DNA from: Anthoceros angustus
Taxonomy: Eukaryota; Plantae; Anthocerotophyta
DNA length: 64,000 bases
Assembly: GCA_010909165.1 (NCBI GenBank)
Contig: MU008159.1
Coordinates: 1,860,001-1,924,000 of the forward strand
Direction of reading: 5' to 3'
This document shows, in pieces, positions 54,501-64,000 of the stretch (positions are counted from its first letter, which is position 1; each line of letters begins with the position of its first letter). Under the pieces are notes generated by a model. That model saw only the letters and a list, made by a program, of their open reading frames with translations, searched no databases and was not told where the DNA came from. Made by a program: the position numbers and the translations under genes.

Positions 54501-55232
54501 ACGAAGTCCCAGGATGATCCAAGCCAAACCAAGCCGAGGGGCAGAGGGCCCGGTTGGCGGTTGCCGGCAGACAGCAAGTCCCGGGACTTCCCTTCCCCGC
54601 AGCCTCCCAGGGACCGAGTCCGCCAACACGCCGGGGACCACCAGATTTCGTCAATCTGTCCATATAGGGTAGACTAGATGGGAAGGATCTGCCATTCTGC
54701 CGGTGCCCACCGCCCACCGGCCAAGGTGCAGGCAAAGTGGGTGGGCAACAACGCCTTTCGTCCAGAAAGGCAGCAAACGTGTCCGGACTCCCGAACACAG
54801 AAAGGGCACGCAAATCCAAAAGCCGACGTCGCTCCTGTCGGCCACCATACCGGAGGTCCCGGGTTCTGGCCTCTGCCAGTGCCTGCTCCCGCAACACGCC
54901 CTTCGAAGGCCCAAGTGGGGCGGCGGTCATCCTCCTTTCCACACTACGTACATGCATTGCTATGTTGCAGCCTGCCCATTATCCATAGCCCCCATTTACA
55001 TCTGCTGCTGCACAAGCATGAGATTCTCCTCAGATTCTTTCGGACTCGGTCACCCACATCAAAATTCTTCCACACCAAGGCAGAGGAAGAGAATCCCTTT
55101 CAAGGTGCAACACTCCAGGTGTTCATAGTGTAACCTATATTCATGAAATAATTTCTCATATTATGTACAATAAAAATCATAAATATAAAAATATTTATAA
55201 AAAATATTATTTCAGAACTTGATTTATATCCA

Positions 55233-55892
55233 TTACATTTGGAATTTTGGGTTTATCCTCTTTTCACAGGTTGGAGTTTCATAGTCACACACGCTATCCC
55301 AAGCTAAAATCTCTGCATACTCTTCAATGTAGATTTTCCCGGTATCCTTGTCTTTACATGCTCTAAGCATGGCGTTAACTTCGGGCTCAGTGAAAGTGTC
55401 TCCTTTTGTTATGAGAAGCTTTTTTAAGTATTCGGGCTCAATGTACTCACTTCCTTCAGGTGCAAGTAATTGCAGACAATTCATTATTTGGTCTTTGGTA
55501 TGTCTCGAGTAACCTCCCAGATCCCTCCTTAATGTCTCTCCTATCCTTTGTTCAAAATTGACGTATGTTATATGACCCTTTGTGGTTTGTGCTACCTCAT
55601 ATTCTTTAGCTAAAACCAAAAAATTTTGTAGTTGTTGTTTTGTGGGATTGAAGCCCAAAGCTTGTAATATGTCAATCACATCTCTCTGATCCAACTCTCC
55701 TTCGTTTCTTTTAGCACCTTTTCTTTGGAAAATGGGATATAAACTAGCAAGTTTTTCTATCATTCTTGGGTCAAGTATATAAAATGTTTCTTCAATCATT
55801 TTTTCTTCCTCGTTAGCTACAAGAGGTTGTTGTCCTGAAGTTGAAGGAGGCTTTTCATCTTCTTTTACATTTTTTGATGATGATTCTTCCAT
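55233..55892 (-). CDS. EF-hand protein, EFCAB2/DRC8 (dynein regulatory complex subunit 8)-like, single exon, 219 aa
   Basis: Intact ORF. ELDQRDVIDILQALGFNPT and YIEPEYLKKLLITKGDTFTEPEVNAMLRACKDKDTGKIYIEEY parallel the EFCAB2 pattern (VDVREIGTIIRSLGCCPT; GEPFSQEEMEEMLSAAID). Confidence 0.72.
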   Translation of the reverse strand: MEESSSKNVKEDEKPPSTSGQQPLVANEEEKMIEETFYILDPRMIEKLASLYPIFQRKGAKRNEGELDQRDVIDILQALGFNPTKQQLQNFLVLAKEYEVAQTTKGHITYVNFEQRIGETLRRDLGGYSRHTKDQIMNCLQLLAPEGSEYIEPEYLKKLLITKGDTFTEPEVNAMLRACKDKDTGKIYIEEYAEILAWDSVCDYETPTCEKRINPKFQM

Positions 55893-56862
55893 ATCTTTTA
55901 GTCTTTTTAAGGAATTGTTGTGTGCTTTATGTATTATTTAGGTTACTTGTATGAAGGCTCATGAGCATCAAGGCTTGGGAAATAGAGTTCGATGCAAGCA
56001 CTTTTTGTGTTTGTTGATCTTTGTATTGTTTGATTGTATCTAACAAGCTCAATGCTACATCAAGAAGTGATGCTTCAAACAAATCTCCCTTTATTCATAA
56101 TATTACTCGAAATGAGCTGAACTGAGTGCGAAACAATGTGAGGCAAGGACAATCCAGGCTTATGTGCGTTGCTCAAATGACATGAAGCAGCTAGTGTTGT
56201 AAGACTCAAAGACTCCTTACTTTTCGCTCACTCTTTGATGTGAACAGTCACTACTTACAGACATGATGCACAAGCCTAAAGATAAGGCTCCAATGAGTAA
56301 TAAGTAGACTTGAGCTAGTTTCAAATAAAAAGGTGTTGACTTTATTTGAATATTTACACTTATGTAATTAGATTTTTTAATTATTGTGTTGAACCTAAAT
56401 TATTATTATATAAATAATTATTAAAATTATTAAAATTATATTTTCAATAAATATCTAAGTTATATAATTTTATATTTAATAATTTTATATTATATATTTT
56501 ATGAATCAAAATTTTTTAAAATTTATTTTGATAAATAAAATTATGATAAAATTAATCAATTACAATTTCAGAAGATTGCTCTATAAAGTATATATGAAAT
56601 CATTGTACCTGAAGGTCATCAAACATGAATGAAAGAAGAGATTGAGTATTTCTTTCATAAACTGAGACATTTGAAAAGTTGATGGCTAAACATGAGGGTT
56701 TTAACTTCAGGGTGCAAAAAGAGTTTTAACATTCTCTCAAAACCCATAGATAAAATACGCGATAATTTAGAAAGAAATAATATATATGATAGGAACAAAT
56801 ACGGGTTGGACCACTTTACAATACGTTGAGAATTATTAGTCTAACCTTTTGAAGTTTTTGCT

Positions 56863-57040
56863 AAGCACCTATGGAATGAGCACGAAGAGATATAACCTTT
56901 GTATTTAAATTTTTTGAACGTTTTTAAGAAAAGCATATAGAGAATGAACATGAAGAGACATAAACTTTGTATTTAAATTTTTTGAAGTTTTTTAAGAAAA
57001 GCACCTAGGGAATGAACATGAAGAGACATAAACTTTGTAT
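56863..57040. repeat. ~70-bp tandem repeat, about 2.5 copies
   Basis: GAAGAGA(T/C)ATAA(C/A)CTTTGTATTTAAATTTTTTGAA recurs. Confidence 0.85.
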
Positions 57041-57392
57041 ATATGACCGCATTGGAGTTTTCCTGAAGACATATAGAAAAGATCTAGATTTTTTTGTTAT
57101 TTTAATATAATCATTCCAAATAGTATTTTATGTTTCCTATAAGACTTATTTAGAAGATCGAGGATATAGTTTTTTTTGTTGATAATCATTCAAGTCTATA
57201 ATTTATGTCTCGTAGAAGTCATCCAGAGAAAATATGGGAAGATGTTTTTGTGCTAATAATTATTCAAGACAATGGTTATTGTCTACTAACTAGAATTGGA
57301 AAATAAGATGCACATATGTATGGACCATACAATAGCTACTTTATCTTACTTTGGCATTTTGGGGCTCCCAAGGTATCCTATAGTAGATGGGT

Positions 57393-57473
57393 TCATCTCA
57401 TCTCTAGCTATTCAATAAGTTCATCTCATTTCTACCTATTCAATAAGTTCATCTCATCTCTACTTATTCAATA
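57393..57473. repeat. 28-bp tandem repeat x3
   Basis: TCATCTCAT(C/T)TCTA..TATTCAATAAGT units. Confidence 0.85.
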
Positions 57474-57940
57474 AAACGTCTTATACTAAATAGATTGTCA
57501 ACCACTATACCTAATATGAAGACGTCATTACATCTATTATAGATTAAGTCTGAAAAAAGGTAAATTAGCATGCTTTTGGGGAGAAACCAAGCTCTTTTCT
57601 GAAAACAAAGTTATATTAACCCTCCAACCCTAGGTTAAGACTAATTAAGTTGTAGAGATATCAATGAAGCAATGCTAACTTGATTGGGTGGCCCAACTTT
57701 TTTATCATAGAGATGCATCATATCATGAAAGGTGGAGAAAATTGTGTTAGCTTGTCCCAATTCCAAGCTAGTGAAGTGGCATGTTAAGGTTGAGTTTAAC
57801 CGTAAATTATCCAACCTAATCAAATTGAGATCCTTGTGACACACAATGTCAATTCTCTTAGTTAATAATGAATTGTCTAAATTTTGATGAAACTTTGACT
57901 ATGATCTTATACATATTCTCATATTTTACATTAAAACTAG

Positions 57941-58005
57941 GAGCTCGCATGGCCTAAGGGATAAGACACGACTTCCAATTGCGCGTTCGAGCCCCGTTAG
58001 GGCTG
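57941..58005 (+). pseudogene. tRNA-derived sequence (tRNA-Arg-like pseudogene or SINE head)
   Basis: A-box-like TGGCCTAAGGGATAAG and B-box-like GTTCGAGCCCC, with GACTTC between them. The anticodon/variable arm is shortened. It resembles the plant tRNA-Arg pattern TGGCCTAATGGATAAGGCG..GACTTC..ATTGCGGGTTCGAGTCCC. Confidence 0.55.
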
Positions 58006-59301
58006 TATATATGTTGTCGTATCGGATTGTCTTCGAGCTTAATGTCTTCGAGCTTAATGCTCTAACGTAATATTCTAAGTCACAATGTTCTTCAGGGTCT
58101 TTATTTCATAGGGTCGCAACTCATGTCCTCCTGGTATCCCTTTCATATTGTCACAACTCTTGTTCTTTGGGGTTTCTCTCTCATATTATTGCCCAGCTCA
58201 TGTCCTAGCCTTTGCTTTCACTTTGTCCCAGCTCCTGTTCTTCGGGGTTTCTTTCTCTTTCAAATTATTTTCCCAGCTCATGGCTTAGCCTTTGCGGTTT
58301 CTCTTTTACATTGTTTCAACTGATGTCCTTTAGGGTTTCTCTTTCACATTGTCTTAAACCCCGTCATTTAGAGCCCCTCTATCACATTCTTTCACACTAT
58401 CCCAACTTATGGCAAGTATATTGCTCCAACGTTTTTTCTTTCACATTAAGGATGTATATGTTTGGAGTACCCTTGAGATTTTCACTTTGATTTAACTCAC
58501 AGCGTCATGGAATGTTGATATTGAGATTTTCGGTCTTCTAATCCAAACTAGCTTACGGTATCCTTCAAAGTTTCTCTTCCAGATTGTCCCTACTTACGCG
58601 GCTTCAAGGGTTTGTCCTTCACATTGTCCTGGTGTACATGCATCGTCTACTGTCTTGTTATATTTTGCATTTTTCACATAGTCTTGGTGTGGATGGGATG
58701 ATGCATCTCTGATAATTGCATAAAGATTCACGTAAAATTAAATTTCATGTTCTATTCTATATTTTTCATACTATCTTGGTATTGATTTGATCACCGGTCT
58801 CTTATATAATGTGCATAAAGATCCATGTACAATTCAAGCTTGTGTTTTATTTTACCTCTATTACAAATCTCCTAGGGTCCCCTCTCGAAGGAGAAACGTG
58901 TAGAACCATTTAACTTATTTAGTTTCCTTCAAATCTTATGTTATCACCAGCTGCCTACAATCGATCAGATCTTTTAGGTTAGGGAATCAAGTCTTTGTGG
59001 TAGATCTGGTAGTCATTAATCGTCTGGACATATTGTCTTTCAATAGGCAAGCAATTTAGAACCTCATGGATTGTGCACCAGAAAGAGTAGCGTAGTAAGA
59101 AGATTTCCAAACATAGCAAGAAGGTTTTTGTTCATCCATTTGGTTTGGAGACATGTGGAGCGATAACAAAGGCATAATAGGCATAAATGTAGTAGGTTAT
59201 CACTTTCTTATTTTGTCGTTATTGCACACGGTTATGAAAAAGGCATCATGGGCAAAGGCATAGTAGAGTTACCGCTTTCTTGTTATGTTGTTATCGTTGT
59301 G

Positions 59302-59364
59302 CTATGGGCAGGTTTCAACTGACTATGGGCAGGTTTCAACTGACTATGGGCAGGTTTCAACTGA
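59302..59364 (+). repeat. 21-bp perfect tandem repeat x3 (CTATGGGCAGGTTTCAACTGA)
   Basis: Read directly; no spacers. Confidence 0.95.
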
Positions 59365-60667
59365 CAAACTTCGCTTTCAGGCAAATTCTACCTCTTGCAT
59401 TTATAAATAGGCTAATTCTACTACATGCATTAATAAATATGCTCTATTACCGCACACACCATGACATGGCCTTGTAATCTATGCAATGACTTCACTTTTT
59501 TGTTGACAACATGTATCCATTGCTCTTCAAACCGTTTTGGCAGCATATAATAGTATTGCTCTCCTTAGAATTTGAGGATGATAGGCACATAGTACCTATT
59601 TTGTCATGAAATCACAGTTGATTGGTATTAAAAATTGAACAACATGGGATTACAAAAACTATAATCACATGAGACTAAGGCCTATACCTTAAAACATGAA
59701 TCCTGCACCAAAATTCGGGATTTGATGATCAACTCCCCGTGGAGGCTGATGATTAATAATACTTGCATGAAAGCTTGAATGATTTCTAGATCTATCATCT
59801 TTGTGGATAACATGTAATAATTATGTATAATATTTTTTAACTATATTAAATCTAAAATATAATTTTTAACTTCATTCTAATATTTTAAGATCTTTTTGGG
59901 GGCTTTTACTTTATCTTTGTACACATCTTCTTTGTCTTAGCCAGGCTGTTCCCTGATACGTAAGGCTATCTTCATGTGGTTGTATAGGTAGTAAGTACGT
60001 GATTGTATTAGTAAGTACCTGTATGGGAAAGAGGGATCGTTCGAGACTAGGGATGCTTGACTTATTGCATGCCGAGGACAAATTGGCAGTAGCGTCGGTA
60101 GGGAAAGGAAAATGGGAAAGAAGGGTTGGAGTTAACCCGGGGCGCAGGTCAAAGTTAGCCGGAGTTAAACCTGCCCTGCCTGCTGCACTGCCGAGCGCGA
60201 GCAAGAGGTGTTGTGGATGCATCTCTGTTGCTTGCAGTCTGCACCTCCTCCGTAAGGTGCTGCCTTCTTGTACTTAGGGCGTGCCTGTGTGCTGGCCTGG
60301 GAGTGAGAGACTGGTCTCTGCTCTGCAAGCGACGCAATTGGCTCCTGCTTTCTTGGTTCTGGTCGTGGATGCACGGAGAGTGGCAGGCTCCAGCCTCCCG
60401 GTGGGGTTTTAAAGCTAGCCCGAGGTTTTGGGGTAAGACCAAGCCGAGCTGAGCAATCTTGGTGCCGCCGCGCAGAGGCCTTAAGCTCGGGACGAGGTCA
60501 CAGCGGCATGCTGGCCGCCATGGCTGCCTCCAGCTTGTAGCCGTCCCAGCTTCGGGAGAGGAAGGAAGCTTTCTTTTTGGGCCCAGGCCGGCATTCTTGG
60601 TGGTAGATGACCTTGTAAGGCTTTGTGGGCAGTAGTGAAGGGTAAAGTGAGTTTGAGGGCGGCGGTG

Positions 60668-62215
60668 ATGGAGGTGAACGTGGTCTCGCCCGCGGACGCC
60701 GCTGCCTCGTCGTTTGCGCTGCTGCTCTATGAGGGGCAGCTCAAGGAGGCGGCCTGCATTGCGGCTGTGGAGCTACTGGCTCGCGAAGCCATTGCTTCTT
60801 GGATTTTGGTTTCCTTTGCCCAGGCCCAGCTCTGTGCCAGGTACTCAACTCAACTTCGCTTTGGCTGCGGAAATTTTGTCGTGCGGTATGGAGTCTCTTT
60901 TGCAAAATCTTGGGGTATGCTCACGAGTTGCTGCGAGTGAGTGTGGTAGGGAGTATATAGCTTGAAGTGGTGTCGGGCTCCGCTCGTTGGACGTGCTGGT
61001 CGGTAGCGGAAAGCTTCTTGTTGTTAGTGTCTTTGCGCATGCTGTTAGGTAGAGAAAAGGCTTGAAGTGTTGTAGGGCTCCTCGTTCATGCTGTGCCGTC
61101 CTGTTAGTGTTTGCTTAGAATTAGTTGTACTGCCCCAATTTGCCGCACGGCGGCTATGGCACGGGTAGGGCGCAGACGCTGCAGCTGTGAGCTTGTGAAA
61201 ATTGTGTACGTTCCGGTTTTCCTTGAAGGCGATTCTAAATTACCCTCAGTTTACCTGGTATGTGTTGGCAACGAGTGGCCGCAAGAACCTGGAAGCGCCA
61301 GCTCTTGAAGACTGCACCTGTCGGCTGTGGCCGCAACAGTAGCGCTGTCCTCTGATGCTGCCGCTGCTGCTTGAAGCATCCTCCTCTCGCAGCCCTGTCG
61401 CGGCGGCTCGTTATCACGCATGTGACCTGAAAGTTGTTGGTGCTTGCTAAGTGTCTCCTGGTGGCTTATCGTAGAGATGCACTTTTGGTCATCTCCTGCG
61501 TGGCAATGCTGGAAAGCTGCGGAGATTGTAGGCTTGTTTCGCTCTATTCGTGACTTATCTTGGAGTTCAAGCTGTGTTCGTGGCAATGGTGGGCAGCCGC
61601 TAGGGATGTTCTTAGTTATCTCTCACTCTGGTTTCTGTTCTGTGGAATGTGTGTGGAAGGGAGGTTTGTGGTGCTTTGGCTACTCGCTGATGGTCCCTTT
61701 GAACTCTAAGGAGGTGGGTGTTGTGTGTCTGCAGCGGTGAAGGCGGAAACGGCCACGATAGAAGTGGTCTTAAGTTATGCCCTGCTTTAGGCAACGCTAA
61801 GCTGGAAGAACTGTGGAGGGAGTTGCTGGCCGGTGAGCAAGTAGAGAAAAATGGGCAGGTTGTGCAGCAGGAGGAGGACGCTGAAGACAGTGGTGATGAT
61901 GATGAAGACGATGAGGATGACGATGGTGAGGACGATGATCCAGAAGGCGATGGTGAGGATGATGATGCTGATGAGGGTGACGATGATGGTGATGAAGATG
62001 GCGATGACGACGATGGGGATGAAGGTGGCGACGCAGCAGATGATGACGATGATAAGGGAGATGACGATGATGAAGATGGGGACGACGACGATGATGGGGA
62101 GCCTGATGACGAAGCTGGTCCAGATGAGGATGATGACGACGATGAAGATGAGGATGATGATGACGATGAGGAGGAAGAGGACGAGACTCCAAAGTCGAAG
62201 AAAACAAAGCGCTGA
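60668..62215 (+). CDS. Small plant acidic (Asp/Glu-rich) protein, two exons (60668-60840, 61735-62215)
   Basis: Exon 1 (MEVNVVSPADAAASSFALLLYEGQLKEAACIAAVELL...) ends in phase 2 at AG|GTACTC. It joins in frame to the exon after TGCAG, which encodes a long D/E tract ending ETPKSKKTKR*. This architecture resembles conserved plant acidic proteins with a C-terminal basic NLS-like tail. Confidence 0.7.
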
Positions 62216-63545
62216 GAAGCAGCTTCTCCTGGTGGCAAAGTAGTTGTCTCTAGAGCTGTGGCTTCGGCGTACTTACTTTCAATTTCTTTCTTTTTTGTCC
62301 TTACGACATGTCCCTGGTACCGTCCAAGAGAACTGTTAGCATCGATGAAAGGTCTCGAGCCAGGGCAGCAATGTTCTGAAGAGGCAGTGTTAGACTTTAT
62401 GCTTCGTTAAATGCTGGCTGTACTCAGGAGGTAGATCCTGGTTTGGGCTATTAGTTGTCGCTAGTTTTGCATTTGGCAAGGAGTTAGTGAATCTGTGGAG
62501 GACTCAATACTAGTGGTAGATAGGTGTGGTTTGGGAACTTACGATACATGAGGTGGTAATGCCATGCCTACCATGGGACCAGTCTGGGCTTAGGTAGAAC
62601 ACTATAGCAATGCCTGAATCGATTTCCGCCGCAGTTACCTTGGCGGTTCAGCATTGCTGTGGCGCTCTGTTTGTTGTTTGGATGTTTGATGGTCCTTAAT
62701 GGTCAACTTCTTTTGCCTATGTCTGGTTCTGTTTATGCTCCTGGTCGTAAACCTCACAAGTTGTTTCCAAGCCGGCTGTCTGTGCCCATTGAAAACGTTT
62801 TTTCACATGTTCGCATTGCAGTGTCTCAAGCTTTTATGTCTGCATGCGAACAACGTCTGATGTGAAGCATGCATGTCAGGTTTCAAATGCGAACGCTTGC
62901 AAATTGGCACCCTATGCAGTGGGATGTCGTATGAAGAAACTGGTGCAGACCGCTTATGCTGAGCAAGTACATATCCACAGCATATCTACAACGAGGGTAT
63001 GAATCAATAATTGTCTACCTTGGCACGCCCGGAACCAACCATCCAACAACATAAAGATGTATTGCAATCTCTGCCTCAAAATCAAAGAGACTAGAATTGA
63101 AGAATATGGACAGACCTGCAAGGTCATGAAGTTAATGACCTGCGAAAAATCGCAAGGTGTTAGAGATACCGAGCAGGTTCTCGCGAATCTGGTGTACTAC
63201 ATAATCTGGAGCCTTAGGCATCAAATGGCGCTACTTTCCTCAAATTTGTAGTGCTTGGCTTGCTACAGTAGATCTAAGAAAAACTCAGACTTAAATGAAA
63301 CCTTCAAATCCCGCAAAAGAACAACCTAAAATGTAATCCTCAGATCTGAGAGTCGTGGCAAAGTGTCTGTCACGGATGGCAGGGGCAGTGAATCTGTGAT
63401 AGTAACGTTGCGGCAAGTAGGGTGCACCTGTCAAGACACGCCTTCATTGTCCGTCGAACGGTTGTTGCCATTTTTAGACTGAAGTCTGAGAAAGACAGGC
63501 TTGAGGAGGGAGGGACCTAGGAAAGGAAGTCGAGGATTTGGACAA

Positions 63546-64000
63546 TCAATTGCATTGATACCATGGACGTGAAATCTGCCTACCAGCCTTGGCCGGGCAA
63601 GGTGTTCCTCCTGGAGGGGTGAAACAGTTGTACTGGGTACACAAGGAAGACACGAAGGGGACACTAGAACCTAAGGAAAAAGATGTGAGATAGTTGTGCT
63701 GAATGTACAGATTCTTGAGAGATCCTGCAAGCAAGCCATTTGTATATTCACCAGGCACGGGCCCAGCAAAGAAATTGTTGTTCACATACAGGCTCTCCAC
63801 TGTCGCTAAATACGGGGACAGGCTTCCTGTGAACTTGTTATTGCTGAGATCGACTTCACTTATGAAAACAGGTCCTGATGGGTTGATAGAACCGGAGAAC
63901 AAGTTTCGGTGAAGCAGGAGGTAGTTGAGAGGGAAGCTGAAAATTTGCTGAGGCAGAGAGCCAGTGAAGAGATTCCGACCCAGATCAAGGTACTCGAGGT
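63546..64000 (-). CDS. Leucine-rich repeat protein, 3' end (continues beyond the window)
   Basis: Plant extracellular LRRs: LDLGRNLFTGSLP, LLLHRNLFSGSI, VDLSNNKFTGSL, LYVNNNFFAGPVP, LYIQHNYLT. Cys-capped end (LCTQYNCF..PCP..QCN*). Confidence 0.9.
   Translation of the reverse strand, partial: LEYLDLGRNLFTGSLPQQIFSFPLNYLLLHRNLFSGSINPSGPVFISEVDLSNNKFTGSLSPYLATVESLYVNNNFFAGPVPGEYTNGLLAGSLKNLYIQHNYLTSFSLGSSVPFVSSLCTQYNCFTPPGGTPCPAKAGRQISRPWYQCN

Noticed and set aside
59302-59364. Short direct repeats (also 41702-41797 and 57393-57473) as CRISPR arrays
   Set aside because: There are no unique spacers and no cas genes, and the context is eukaryotic.
59911-60620. Possible LINE or LTR fragment upstream of the acidic protein gene
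   Set aside because: No endonuclease, RT, PBS or LTR signature could be confirmed by eye.
61612-62243. Ser-rich, His-rich and Met-rich alternative-frame ORFs
   Set aside because: These are shadows of the GAT/GAC acidic tract of the two-exon acidic protein gene.

Overview
Eukaryotic nuclear DNA, most likely from a non-seed land plant (short GT-AG introns, plant-type DTW/RECQSIM/LRR genes, a DRC8-like flagellar EF-hand gene). The dominant feature is a 27,847-bp element (14448-42294). It is bounded by perfect 28-bp terminal inverted repeats starting TATGG and an exact 6-bp target-site duplication (CACAAG). It carries an intron-containing, decayed DDE integrase-core transposase, which fits a giant IS3EU-like DNA transposon. 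It sits 298 bp upstream of KRR1, and its interior consists of serially duplicated, unidentified coding remnants plus an internal inverted repeat family. The left end holds a spliced Crypton-type tyrosine recombinase pseudogene, an unidentified tandem-duplicated 4-kb element and a truncated Copia (LTR-PBS-gag). Host genes are a DTW-domain gene, KRR1, a RECQSIM pseudogene, an EF-hand gene, a small acidic protein gene and the 3' end of an LRR gene. All alignments were done by eye. The indel-rich internal duplications could partly be assembly artefacts.
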